IMG/VR virus record: IMGVR_UViG_3300038675_000358
Coordinates: 1 to 29,582 of that record
Source: a virus
Lineage: Duplodnaviria > Caudoviricetes
Length of the DNA: 29,582 nt
Strand: one strand, 5' to 3'
A model generated the notes under the pieces. The model saw nothing but the letters and a program-made list of their open reading frames with translations. It had not been told where the DNA came from and searched no databases. Below, in pieces: positions 1 through 8,565 of this stretch (position 1 is its first letter; each line of letters starts with the position of its first letter). The translations under genes and the position numbers were made by a program.

Positions 1-1
1 C

Positions 2-724
2 CATAGGGATATGACCTTTGAGGAGTTTCTTGAAGTAAAGGGTCAGCATCCTTACAAGGAGCAGAGACAGACAGGAAAGAAGACAAACTTCCAATTCCTG
101 TTTGGAGGCAGTCCTTTTGCATTTGCCAATGATGTAATCAGGAAGGAGTGGACAGAGGAAGCCTGTGAGACTTTCTTGAAGGACAATAAGATAAAACCAT
201 CCAATGATATTTTCTTAGATGTGGCAAAATGCATCTATGACCAGTTCTTTGAATCCTATGCTGGATTGAAACGATTCTTGGAGATGAGTCATGTGAATGC
301 CAGAAAGAATGGATATGCTAGGTCTGTGCATGGTGCAAGAAGGTTGTTGCCACAGCTTCAGTACATTGGGAAGGATGATGACACCAAATTCATAAAGAAC
401 TTGCTGAACATATCCATCAACTCAGTAGTACAAAACTTTGAGGTTTCCTGTGTGATGAGAACCATGGTAAACATCCATAGAAGGTTTAAGGAGAACAACC
501 TGAAGTCCTTCCTGTTTGGCATGATTCATGATGCAGTTGACATCTATGTACACAAGGATGAATTGAAGATAGTATACAAGATATTGAAAGAAGAGTTTGA
601 AAGGGATTACCCAGAATATAGGGGTGTAATCATGGAATGTGAGTTCGACTTGGCAAATCCAAGAGACAAGGAAAACCCCACTACTTGGGGATTCGGAAAA
701 TATTGGGAAGAGGAGATAGCATAA
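2..724 (+). CDS. polA: DNA polymerase family A, C-terminal part (5'-truncated by window edge)
   Basis: Motif B-like RQTGKKTNFQFLFG, GYARSVHGARRLLP, INSVVQ and motif C MIHDAV. The frame is open from position 2, so ATG 11 is probably internal. Confidence 0.9.
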   Translation, partial: HRDMTFEEFLEVKGQHPYKEQRQTGKKTNFQFLFGGSPFAFANDVIRKEWTEEACETFLKDNKIKPSNDIFLDVAKCIYDQFFESYAGLKRFLEMSHVNARKNGYARSVHGARRLLPQLQYIGKDDDTKFIKNLLNISINSVVQNFEVSCVMRTMVNIHRRFKENNLKSFLFGMIHDAVDIYVHKDELKIVYKILKEEFERDYPEYRGVIMECEFDLANPRDKENPTTWGFGKYWEEEIA

Positions 725-1134
725 TGGCAACGAAGAAAGAGGCATTTATTGTATGTACTGATGTTACTCAGGGGTTTATGAATGAGACATCAGGTGGGGT
801 ATTTCTATTCTCTGGTGGGACAATAAGACTCCCACCTCAGTCCATCCCTGTAAAGGCAACAGTACTGAACACCATCAAGGTTCCTTCTGGTTATGAGTTA
901 ATGGTTGTTTCCAGTCAGAAACAGGCTGAGATGGGTGTAGAGGTTATTGGTTCTCCAATTCTTATTACAGGGGAATGTTCATTTGGCAAGAATGAGTTGA
1001 CGTTCTTTCTAAGAAACACTACTACAAAACCAGTATATATCATGCCAACCCAAGTCATAGCAGAAGCATTTGTACGAAAAGTCCAGACCATTGACATCCT
1101 CTTGGAGGAACCAGTGGTTGACATTGAATCATAA
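724..1134 (+). CDS. dUTPase-fold protein, catalytically degenerate
   Basis: ATG 724 overlaps the polA TAA and has GAGGAG at 710-715. Segments IKVPSGYELMV, GVEVIGSP, ELTFFLRNTT and VIAEAFV follow trimeric dUTPase strand order, but the catalytic motifs are missing. Confidence 0.6.
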   Translation: MATKKEAFIVCTDVTQGFMNETSGGVFLFSGGTIRLPPQSIPVKATVLNTIKVPSGYELMVVSSQKQAEMGVEVIGSPILITGECSFGKNELTFFLRNTTTKPVYIMPTQVIAEAFVRKVQTIDILLEEPVVDIES

Positions 1135-1163
1135 TTCTCCTATACTGCTATCATAGGAGGAAT
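1134..1163 (+). promoter_or_regulatory. Hairpin sequestering the Shine-Dalgarno of the sigma-factor gene
   Basis: CTCCTAT (1137-1143) pairs with ATAGGAG (1153-1159), extended by ATT/AAT across one bulged G. Confidence 0.5.
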
Positions 1164-1166
1164 CCA

Positions 1167-1781
1167 ATGACAGATGCTGAACTAGTTGGTGAAATAAAAC
1201 GAGGAAATCAGGAAGCCAAGTTGGAACTTTGGAAGAAGTTTGAGCCTATGGTAAGGAAAAACTCATTCAAGTACAAATGGCTTTTTGGTGTCACCTATGA
1301 CTTTGATGATTTCTATCAGGATGCTTGGTTCTCATTTGAAGAGGCTATCTCTTACTATGATGAGGTCAACCATCCTGAAATTTCTTTTATGACCATATTC
1401 TATTTTTTCATCAAGAGGATAGTGAGAAAATTATCACAAGAGAGGAACAAGGCTTTCAACACTGTTGATATTGATATGCTTGCCATGGCACCTTCCATGG
1501 ATTTATTGGAAAGGAAGAGGAATAGGATATCATCCAAGGATATCATGAAAGCTTCAATCCCCTTTGCTTCCCAGATAGAGAAAGCCAATGTACAAGCCAC
1601 CATCCAAAAACTCAGGGAAGTTTGCAGTGACAGAGAGAAATTGATTCTTGACTATTATGTTGAAGGGATGCCCATGACTACCATCTCTGCTACTACAGGG
1701 ATAAAGTATGGGACAGTGAAGTACATTGTCAATGGAATGAAGCATAAGGCAGAAACCATTTATGAGGAGGTGACTATTTGA
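1167..1781 (+). CDS. Phage RNA polymerase sigma factor (sigma-70 family, regions 2 and 4)
   Basis: Region 2-like DFDDFYQDAWFSFEEAISYYD; region 4 HTH CSDREKLILDYYVEGMPMTTISATTGIKYGTVK; AGGAGG RBS. Confidence 0.85.
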   Translation: MTDAELVGEIKRGNQEAKLELWKKFEPMVRKNSFKYKWLFGVTYDFDDFYQDAWFSFEEAISYYDEVNHPEISFMTIFYFFIKRIVRKLSQERNKAFNTVDIDMLAMAPSMDLLERKRNRISSKDIMKASIPFASQIEKANVQATIQKLREVCSDREKLILDYYVEGMPMTTISATTGIKYGTVKYIVNGMKHKAETIYEEVTI

Positions 1782-1990
1782 AGATTCCTAAATTTGAGGA
1801 GCTTGTTATTTTGGTGGCAAATCTCACTATTGATATCAAGAATCAGGAAGAGATTATTGCATCATTAAGGGATGAGAATTCCAGACTTGAACAAAGGCTT
1901 GAAGAGATTACTGGCAAGTATGCAGAATTGCTTGCTGAAAATTCAGAGGAGGATAACGATGGACGAGGGATTGCCGAGAGTAAGGATTAA
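1778..1990 (+). CDS. Small coiled-coil protein
   Basis: TTG start overlapping the upstream TGA, GAGGAGG RBS, heptad pattern. Confidence 0.6.
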   Translation: MKIPKFEELVILVANLTIDIKNQEEIIASLRDENSRLEQRLEEITGKYAELLAENSEEDNDGRGIAESKD

Positions 1991-2144
1991 TGTTTCAACC
2001 AGTGCCAAGGGAAAGGCACAGTTGGATATTACCGTAGAACAAAGCACTGTGACTGCCGAAGAGTTGAGGAGTACCCTCAATGAGGCATTCAAGGTGGCAA
2101 GAGAAACTGCAGAACAGAATGGGTTCCCAGTAGCACAGGAGTAG
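1959..2144 (+). CDS. Hypothetical protein
   Basis: ATG 1959 preceded by GAGGAGG is preferred over the ORF-track start at 1872. Confidence 0.65.
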   Translation: MDEGLPRVRINVSTSAKGKAQLDITVEQSTVTAEELRSTLNEAFKVARETAEQNGFPVAQE

Positions 2145-2146
2145 AC

Positions 2147-2647
2147 ATGAAAATCCCCACAAAGGTTATTCATATTGCATTGTCACTATATGTTGTCATA
2201 CGAAAAAGGAAAAATCCGTTTAAAGAACCTTCTGATAAAAGTATCTATCAATGTTCCATGGAAGAAATGAATGATAAAATCAATTCAATGGTTTACCTAC
2301 CTGATAGGCTGAATGGACTTTTAGATAGAACTGATGACCCAGATACCTTCTTTGACTCTTCCAAGATTTCAGACAGGGATTGTGACGACTTTGCAAGACA
2401 ATGGTCTTTGTGGGGATTCTTTAATGATTATACTGCTTGGGAATGTATAGTACTGAATGCAAATAAACCCTTTGCTACAGCCCATGTGATAACCATACTC
2501 CAGAGCCTTGATACCAGAAAGTATTGGCTTATGAACTATGAACCCTTCGGGGAATTCGACACGTTTGAAGAAGCTGTTGACTACATGAAGTGGTATCCAT
2601 CATACAAGGATGGTGAATTGGTATGGAAAATATCAGACCAGCTGTGA
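2147..2647 (+). CDS. Papain/transglutaminase-like fold protein (DCDDFA motif)
   Basis: DRDCDDFA putative catalytic Cys, downstream AHVI His and NYEP; AGGAG RBS. Confidence 0.5.
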   Translation: MKIPTKVIHIALSLYVVIRKRKNPFKEPSDKSIYQCSMEEMNDKINSMVYLPDRLNGLLDRTDDPDTFFDSSKISDRDCDDFARQWSLWGFFNDYTAWECIVLNANKPFATAHVITILQSLDTRKYWLMNYEPFGEFDTFEEAVDYMKWYPSYKDGELVWKISDQL

Positions 2648-3006
2648 AGTCCTTTGGGTATCTCAAGAGCAGTGCATTGCCTGAGAGTACCAGACTTGTA
2701 TACATTCTGGAAGAGCAGGGAAAGAGAAGGATAATAGGTCAATACAACATCAAGGAAAAGACATTCTTCAGTGAGAGAATCCGTTCCAAGCATTACTTGA
2801 AGAAGTACCATGGATGGGGATTGGACTCAGAGGTATTTCTTGATATGTGTGATGCTGGATTGAAAACCATAATGATTCATATACAGGATGATAATAAAAC
2901 CATCTCCATAGGTGTGGATGCATTCAAGGAAGCAATGCAGTCTTTTTATATTCCCCCACACAGGCCACAAGTGGTAGTTAGTGAGATTCATTGGGTAAGT
3001 AGTTGA
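2623..3006 (+). CDS. Hypothetical phage protein (start possibly GTG 2644)
   Basis: Open frame with the window's usual codon style; GTGA overlap with the upstream stop at 2644-2647. Confidence 0.6.
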   Translation: MENIRPAVKSFGYLKSSALPESTRLVYILEEQGKRRIIGQYNIKEKTFFSERIRSKHYLKKYHGWGLDSEVFLDMCDAGLKTIMIHIQDDNKTISIGVDAFKEAMQSFYIPPHRPQVVVSEIHWVSS

Positions 3007-3031
3007 CTTTATTTTGATAATCTTGTAGAAT
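3003..3031 (+). promoter_or_regulatory. Host sigma70-type promoter
   Basis: TTGACT (3003-3008), 17-bp spacer, TAGAAT (3026-3031), followed by a GGGG-GAAA-CCCC hairpin (3042-3053) and an AAGGAG RBS. Confidence 0.75.
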
Positions 3032-3067
3032 GTAATTGTCAGGGGGAAACCCCAAAGGAGTCCAAAA

Positions 3068-3262
3068 ATGGATGATAAGAAGTTTATGGTGGTTCAGGAA
3101 GGGGATGTGGGATACTTCAGGATGCTGTCAACTAAAGGGTTTGCCCCAAAGAAAGGGCCATACACTCCACTGGCATTTGATGAAGAGACTGCGACCATTT
3201 TAGCTCATGCCTTCTGGTGTGAGTGTGGTAGGAAATGTTGGGTTGAGGAGGTGAAACAATAA
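3068..3262 (+). CDS. Small hypothetical (early) protein
   Basis: AAGGAG RBS; directly downstream of the sigma70-type promoter. Confidence 0.65.
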   Translation: MDDKKFMVVQEGDVGYFRMLSTKGFAPKKGPYTPLAFDEETATILAHAFWCECGRKCWVEEVKQ

Positions 3263-3597
3263 TGAAGAAATTCAAACCGTTTGAGGTAATGGAAGTTACT
3301 AGAGCAATGGTGGGTGATTATGATGGTCTTACTGGCTATGACCAAACCCTATATAAGGCAATCAGCACCAGACGAAGTGGAATCATCCTTGATGTTGTTC
3401 CAAGAAAGGTACAGGGCAAGGTTGTCTGGAGATGGAGAATCTATCAATTGGCTGGCAGAAGAAGACCAAATGGAGAGTGTCAATTTTCAAGATATAGTCG
3501 TCAGTCCCAAGAGGGGTATGTTGACACCTTTGAAGAGGGACAGGAGATTGTCACCAACCTGTATCAACAGTGGATGGATGAACGTCCTACTGAATAA
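3262..3597 (+). CDS. Hypothetical (early) protein
   Basis: TAATG coupling with the upstream gene; GAGGAGGTG RBS. Confidence 0.7.
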   Translation: MKKFKPFEVMEVTRAMVGDYDGLTGYDQTLYKAISTRRSGIILDVVPRKVQGKVVWRWRIYQLAGRRRPNGECQFSRYSRQSQEGYVDTFEEGQEIVTNLYQQWMDERPTE

Positions 3598-3608
3598 AGG
3601 GGGTAGCT

Positions 3609-3779
3609 GTGAGAGTAAAGGCAGATAGTGGGTTGTGTAAGTGTGGTGGAAAGCTGAGATTAATTGGAACCAGTCTTAGTGATAATATACAATATTATAT
3701 TTGTGATGAATGCAAACAGAGGATGGTTACTAAAAATACCAAGGAAGTAGTTCTAATTTCCTCCAGAACAAAAGAGTAA
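3609..3779 (+). CDS. 56-aa zinc-ribbon-like protein (not in ORF track)
   Basis: GTG start after AAGGGGGT; translation MRVKADSGLCKCGGKLRLIG...YYICDECKQR... contains CxC and CxxC. Confidence 0.6.
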   Translation: MRVKADSGLCKCGGKLRLIGTSLSDNIQYYICDECKQRMVTKNTKEVVLISSRTKE

Positions 3780-3782
3780 CTC

Positions 3783-3818
3783 ATTTTACCTACTACTATT
3801 ATAGTAGATGGGTAAAAT
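3783..3818 (+). promoter_or_regulatory. Putative late promoter ACTATTATA (3795-3803) inside a hairpin covering the terminase start codon
   Basis: ATTTTACC/GGTAAAAT plus inner CTACTA/TAGTAG arms give about 16 bp with one bulge. No Shine-Dalgarno precedes ATG 3808. Confidence 0.65.
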
Positions 3819-4785
3819 TATAACGAATCCTAATATAGTAAATGCATCATATCTTACCAAGGATTTGGTTCAAGGTGATGAGTCTGTTGCCCAGAGGGAA
3901 GAGTTTTCCTTGCTTACTGGGAAGGAAATAAAGCAATCATTCAACCTCCTTCTTGCAGATAAGAACCTCTCTGACAAGGAGAAGGCTTATCTGCTTGCAA
4001 ACATGTGGAGAATCCACTACAGGGTGAAACCCCCTACCATGAAGGAGTTCCTTACTTCTGATTGGATAGGACCTACTGCAGAGCATGTGTATCCTCATGT
4101 AGACAAGATACTGACAGAGTACTGGGAACCAGATTCCGCATATAGGAATCTTATACTGGCTGGTGGTATTGGTATAGGTAAGTCATTTACTGCCACCTTA
4201 TGGGCTTTGTTTGTTACAGTCAACCTATGGGCTATGAGAGACCCGAAGAAGTTCTTCGACCTGTCAAAGGCTACCTCAATAGTCCAAGCATTGATATCTT
4301 TCACCATGGACAAGGCAGAACAGCTGTTGGTGCAACCGTTCATGCAGATTCTTCTTTCCTCACCCAGATTCAGAAGGGTGAAGATGGAGGAGAGGCTTAA
4401 TTTCAAGCAAGAGGAATATCCTGATGAGATATGTTTCACTACTGCTGGAAGGATGGGTGTATTCCAGTTCTACAATGATGTCCACTATATAGTGACAAGT
4501 TCTCCATCAGGTATCTTGGGGTTGAATATGATTACTGCAACCTTATCAGAAATCTCCTTCTTCATTGACAAGGGATTTTCCGTTGAGTACATCAACAGAA
4601 TCTATCAGGACTCAAAGAAGCGTGTCCACTCAAGATTTGGATACAAGTATTTTGCTGGAACAGTCATAGACTCTTCCCCTAATGATATAGAATTATCCCC
4701 CATTGACAAGTACATCTTTGAGGGTGAGGCATATAAGGATAAGAGAAACTACATTGTTACAGGACCAGTGGGAATTCCTTCCTAA
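3808..4785 (+). CDS. terL: Terminase large subunit, N-terminal ATPase part
   Basis: PPTMKEFL...WIG, Walker A AGGIGIGKS, Walker B-like ATLSEISF, SRF and coupling-motif-like DSSP. Confidence 0.8.
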   Translation: MGKIITNPNIVNASYLTKDLVQGDESVAQREEFSLLTGKEIKQSFNLLLADKNLSDKEKAYLLANMWRIHYRVKPPTMKEFLTSDWIGPTAEHVYPHVDKILTEYWEPDSAYRNLILAGGIGIGKSFTATLWALFVTVNLWAMRDPKKFFDLSKATSIVQALISFTMDKAEQLLVQPFMQILLSSPRFRRVKMEERLNFKQEEYPDEICFTTAGRMGVFQFYNDVHYIVTSSPSGILGLNMITATLSEISFFIDKGFSVEYINRIYQDSKKRVHSRFGYKYFAGTVIDSSPNDIELSPIDKYIFEGEAYKDKRNYIVTGPVGIPS

Positions 4786-5881
4786 GAACTATCCTATATG
4801 GCAAGAGACAGGGGACACCTTTCCAGTATTCAGGGGCAATAGTGGAAAACCACCGGAACTGCTTACTGATGAGACAATCAACAAGTATCCAGAAGACCAA
4901 GTTTATAATGTGCCGATAGATGTAAAGGGATTGTTTGAGGATGACTTGTTGAAGGCAGTGAAGGATATCTGTGGCTGGCCTTCAGGCTCCTCTGGGCTGT
5001 TGCTGAGGGATGAGTCAGTCATTGAGAATGTGTTCAGCTATCAGTTGAGGAACATCTATACCAGTATTACTGCACCTTCAAGCAAGTCCTCAAGCAGACT
5101 GATTTGGGATACAATCAAGGATGACTTTTTTATTCCCTACAAGGGTGGATATGAGTTCTACAGAAACCCAACAGAGTTGAGATACATCCATGTTGACTTG
5201 GCAGAAACCAAGGACATGGCTTCCATATCCATGGTGCATCCTGAGATTACCAAGGGAGGGGAAATCATCTATGTGACTGACTTCACCATTGCATTATCCC
5301 CAGAGAAAGAGAGAATCAATTTGTATGCAGTGCTTTTGTTCATCAAGGACTTGAGGGATTTGGGGAAGCTGAAAATTGACTTGGTTACATTCGACCAATA
5401 TCAGTCATCAACCATTCAGCAGTTCCTCAGAGAGAATGGATTCAATTGTGAAAAACTCTCCGTGGATATTGATATAAAAATCTATTTGACGTATATTTCA
5501 CTTATTCAATCTGGTAGGGTGAAGGCTGGTAAGAACATATTCATGAAGAACAACTTGAAGTCATTGCAGGAAATCAGGCAGACCAGTGGAAAGAAGAAGG
5601 TGGAGCATACCAAGGGGAAGATTGTCTATAATGATGGGGCTAATTGGAAATTAAGTCAAATGGGCAAATTTGCCAAGGACGTAACAGACTCCAACTCTGG
5701 TGCTGTATGGAATGCACTGCAACATTTCAAAGGGGCACCAAGATATTTCTGGAAGGACGACAGTGAATCATCTACAGGCTCTGTAGAGGAAGATAAAAAG
5801 ATTCTGGTACAGGAAATCAAGCAGAATCTTATCAATGAAATGGCAGAGCGATACGGCTTTGCCGTGGAGGGAAACTTATGA
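4703..5881 (+). CDS. terL: Terminase large subunit, C-terminal part with nuclease domain (likely joined to the upstream ORF near 4760-4785)
   Basis: RNase H-like YIHVDLAETKD, VTFDQYQS and KDVTDS. It overlaps the ATPase ORF in the +1 frame and has no convincing start of its own. Confidence 0.8.
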   Translation: MTSTSLRVRHIRIRETTLLQDQWEFLPKNYPIWQETGDTFPVFRGNSGKPPELLTDETINKYPEDQVYNVPIDVKGLFEDDLLKAVKDICGWPSGSSGLLLRDESVIENVFSYQLRNIYTSITAPSSKSSSRLIWDTIKDDFFIPYKGGYEFYRNPTELRYIHVDLAETKDMASISMVHPEITKGGEIIYVTDFTIALSPEKERINLYAVLLFIKDLRDLGKLKIDLVTFDQYQSSTIQQFLRENGFNCEKLSVDIDIKIYLTYISLIQSGRVKAGKNIFMKNNLKSLQEIRQTSGKKKVEHTKGKIVYNDGANWKLSQMGKFAKDVTDSNSGAVWNALQHFKGAPRYFWKDDSESSTGSVEEDKKILVQEIKQNLINEMAERYGFAVEGNL

Positions 5882-6021
5882 GTGAAGAGAAAGAAGTAGT
5901 GAAAGTGAATGGGAAGGAAATGACCAGAGAACAGTTTCAGGAAATGAGGGAGACTCTCCCCAAGGACGTTCAATTGGTTGAGGTAAGCCCAGAGGAATTC
6001 AAGACAAGAATATTTGGCTAA
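5878..6021 (+). CDS. 47-aa hypothetical protein (not in ORF track)
   Basis: GGAGG at 5866-5870, ATGA overlap with the terL stop, MSEEKEVVKVNGKEMTREQFQEMRETLPKDVQLVEVSPEEFKTRIFG. Confidence 0.7.
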   Translation: MSEEKEVVKVNGKEMTREQFQEMRETLPKDVQLVEVSPEEFKTRIFG

Positions 6022-6050
6022 CATTCTAGAAAGGTGGTATAATGTATAAT
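6014..6050 (+). promoter_or_regulatory. Sigma70-type promoter (extended -10) for the replication operon
   Basis: TTGGCT (6014-6019), 18-bp spacer, TGgTATAAT (6035-6043), plus a second TATAAT at 6045-6050. Confidence 0.6.
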
Positions 6051-6071
6051 ACCACGACTAGGAGGTATGCC

Positions 6072-6437
6072 ATGATTAAAATGTCCAAGCCCGAAAAGGA
6101 TATGGTGCATAGGATTCATCTACTCACAGGATTGAGTCATGAACAAGTGCAGTCTGTCTTTGAGGGTTTTTTGTATGCAACACTCATGAATTATTCAGAT
6201 AATGAATCCATCACCTTCCCATTCCTAGGGGAGATTACCATCACTTATTTGAAGGATATTCTTACCAAGAGAGGCAGGGTTGCAGACGTGAGGGTTTCCT
6301 TTGAGCCTGACAGTTTTCTGGTAAGGACTGTAGGACAAATTGAGGATGGGGATGTAATCAGTGATTTGGAGGAATATCTGCAGAATGAAATCAAGAGCAT
6401 CCTTAAAAAGAACTTTGACAATGTAGGTGAGATGTGA
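6072..6437 (+). CDS. HU/IHF-like DNA-binding protein
   Basis: KDMVHRIHLLTGLSHEQVQSVFEGF...ESITFPFLGEITI...RVSFEPDSFL matches the HU helix-helix-strand pattern. AGGAGG at 6060-6065 favours ATG 6072. Confidence 0.7.
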   Translation: MIKMSKPEKDMVHRIHLLTGLSHEQVQSVFEGFLYATLMNYSDNESITFPFLGEITITYLKDILTKRGRVADVRVSFEPDSFLVRTVGQIEDGDVISDLEEYLQNEIKSILKKNFDNVGEM

Positions 6438-7168
6438 TGATAACTTCTTACATTGATGATGAAGTGAGAATCAAGAAGTATGATAAGAGAGAAGTTGATG
6501 GAGAAGTTCTCTATGTTGAGACAAAGGAATGGAAGATGTACAAAGAGAGGAAGAAGATTATGCTCCTCATGGAATCATCAGACCTTCCTATTCATGCTAG
6601 GGATTTATCCTTCTCAGACTATGTAGGCTCTGATACAGACAAGATAGACAAGATGCTGAAGTATGCAAACAACTTCGACAGGTACAAGAATGTACACCTT
6701 TATCTCTGGAGTCATGAGAACAGTACACAAAAGACAACCATGGCTTCCATATTGGGAAAAGAGATTCTCTTGCAGGGAAGGAGTGTTCATTTCATATTGA
6801 TGAATACACTCACGAAACTCCTATCCAGTGGTACGTTTGAGAATGATGAAAATGCCTCTGTTGTGAAGAAGTATTTGGATTGTGACTTTCTGATTATAGA
6901 TGATTCATTCGACAGGAAGAAGGCTACCATCTTCAAGAGTGGATATCAGATTCCCTTCTTGGATGAGTTTCTGAGAACCAGATTGGAGATACAGGGTAAG
7001 GCTACTTGTTTCACCAGCAATTATTCATTGGAGGAAATAGATGAATCTGTATTTGGTACTTCCATCAAGAAGCTTATGTTGAGGTCAATCAAAGACCCAT
7101 TTCACTTTGGTACTTCCTACAGTATGAGGAATGATTTCAATCCAGATACATTATGGGGTGAGGAATGA
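6434..7168 (+). CDS. DnaC/IstB-like AAA+ ATPase (putative helicase loader)
   Basis: Aberrant Walker A SHENSTQKTT, Walker B FLIIDD, TCFTSN; directly upstream of the DnaB-like gene. Confidence 0.7.
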   Translation: MMITSYIDDEVRIKKYDKREVDGEVLYVETKEWKMYKERKKIMLLMESSDLPIHARDLSFSDYVGSDTDKIDKMLKYANNFDRYKNVHLYLWSHENSTQKTTMASILGKEILLQGRSVHFILMNTLTKLLSSGTFENDENASVVKKYLDCDFLIIDDSFDRKKATIFKSGYQIPFLDEFLRTRLEIQGKATCFTSNYSLEEIDESVFGTSIKKLMLRSIKDPFHFGTSYSMRNDFNPDTLWGEE

Positions 7169-8565
7169 TAGGAATTGTAAAGCTTGAACAACAGGTTCTC
7201 AATTGTATCTGGGACTCCCCAGAGTTGATATATAAATTCGACAGGGATTATTTCATATCCTCTGTGGCAAGTGATATTCTGGCTACCATGCAATTCCTGC
7301 ATGAATCCAACATTGATATTTCAGTCAATGATTTGGTAGCAAACGGCAATGAGAGGAACAATGGAATCACCAAAGAGAATCTGGAGATGCTCCGTTCCCA
7401 AGACTATCAGCTGGAAAACTTTGAGTTTTATTTCAAGAACCTGAAGAAGAATTTTGCCAAGAACCAGATACAGGAAAAGCTTCTTAAAGATGTTCTGATA
7501 AACACTTCATCAAAGGGTGAGTTGGATATTGAGAAACTAGAATCCTTGGTAACTGAGATACAGACCAACCTTGATATGATTCAAGGCAAGGAAAGTATGT
7601 TGCGTTCCATGGAAGCATTAGGAAAGACCTATCGTGGTGTGTTGGTGGATAGGATGAAAGGCCACAGCAAATTCTCTACAGGTGATTCCTTTCTTGACAA
7701 GGCATTCACAGTAGGGTTTGCCGCTGGTCAGATAACCACCATCTTTGGTGCTACTGGAATCGGCAAGTCCATGTTTGCCCTCAACCTTATTTCTAAGCAG
7801 ATAAACAAGAGGATACCATGCTTGTATATATCCATGGAAATGGATGAGATGAGTACCATGGATAGATTGTTGGCCATGAGGCAAAGGACTTCAACAACCA
7901 TGTTTCATACCCAGAGTGATGGCTCATTCAATGAGGTTGCCTTTGATATTCTGGATAACGAGATGAGCAAATATGTAGGAAAAGACAACAAGTTCTTTCT
8001 TGTGGACAACCCCAGTATTTCTACAAAAGATGTGGAAGTGTTGATAAAGGAAGCTAAGAAGAAAATGGGGGTTGACTACTTGATATGTACGTTAGACCTT
8101 GCTACAATGCTTACTGACATGGGGGAGAAACCAACAGAGATTGAGCAGTCAATGAATAGACTGAGTGCAATAGCCAAGAGGCAGAATGTACATATCGTTT
8201 GTATTGTACAAGCCAACAGGGGAGTGGATGCAAAGAGTATTGAAGTGGTTGAGAGCATCAAGAAGCTTAAACCAAAGTCATTGCATGGAATCAAGAATTC
8301 AGCCGCTTTTGCAGAGAGAAGCAGGATTGTACTGAGTGTATTCAGGGCTAAGTACTATGCTAATATGCTGTTCCCCAATGAGCCTGAAACACAGATAATG
8401 GATGACATCTTTGAGGTATCAGTACTCAAGCAGAGTCAGGGGTTGGCTGGAACTGAGGTGAAGTATCTATATGAACCGGAATTCTTCAGACTGTATCCAT
8501 ACTTGGAGGTAGAGGATGCTGTCAGGGTGGAAGAAAGTGATATCAGGGAGGAAGCAGATGTTTAA
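7165..8565 (+). CDS. dnaB: DnaB-like replicative helicase
   Basis: STGDSFLD, Walker A GATGIGKS, YISMEM, IVQANR, IKNSAAFAE. Confidence 0.9.
   Translation: MIGIVKLEQQVLNCIWDSPELIYKFDRDYFISSVASDILATMQFLHESNIDISVNDLVANGNERNNGITKENLEMLRSQDYQLENFEFYFKNLKKNFAKNQIQEKLLKDVLINTSSKGELDIEKLESLVTEIQTNLDMIQGKESMLRSMEALGKTYRGVLVDRMKGHSKFSTGDSFLDKAFTVGFAAGQITTIFGATGIGKSMFALNLISKQINKRIPCLYISMEMDEMSTMDRLLAMRQRTSTTMFHTQSDGSFNEVAFDILDNEMSKYVGKDNKFFLVDNPSISTKDVEVLIKEAKKKMGVDYLICTLDLATMLTDMGEKPTEIEQSMNRLSAIAKRQNVHIVCIVQANRGVDAKSIEVVESIKKLKPKSLHGIKNSAAFAERSRIVLSVFRAKYYANMLFPNEPETQIMDDIFEVSVLKQSQGLAGTEVKYLYEPEFFRLYPYLEVEDAVRVEESDIREEADV

Noticed and set aside
4703-4785. Intron or intein in the terminase
   Set aside because: The two parts overlap directly, leaving no intervening sequence or homing endonuclease.
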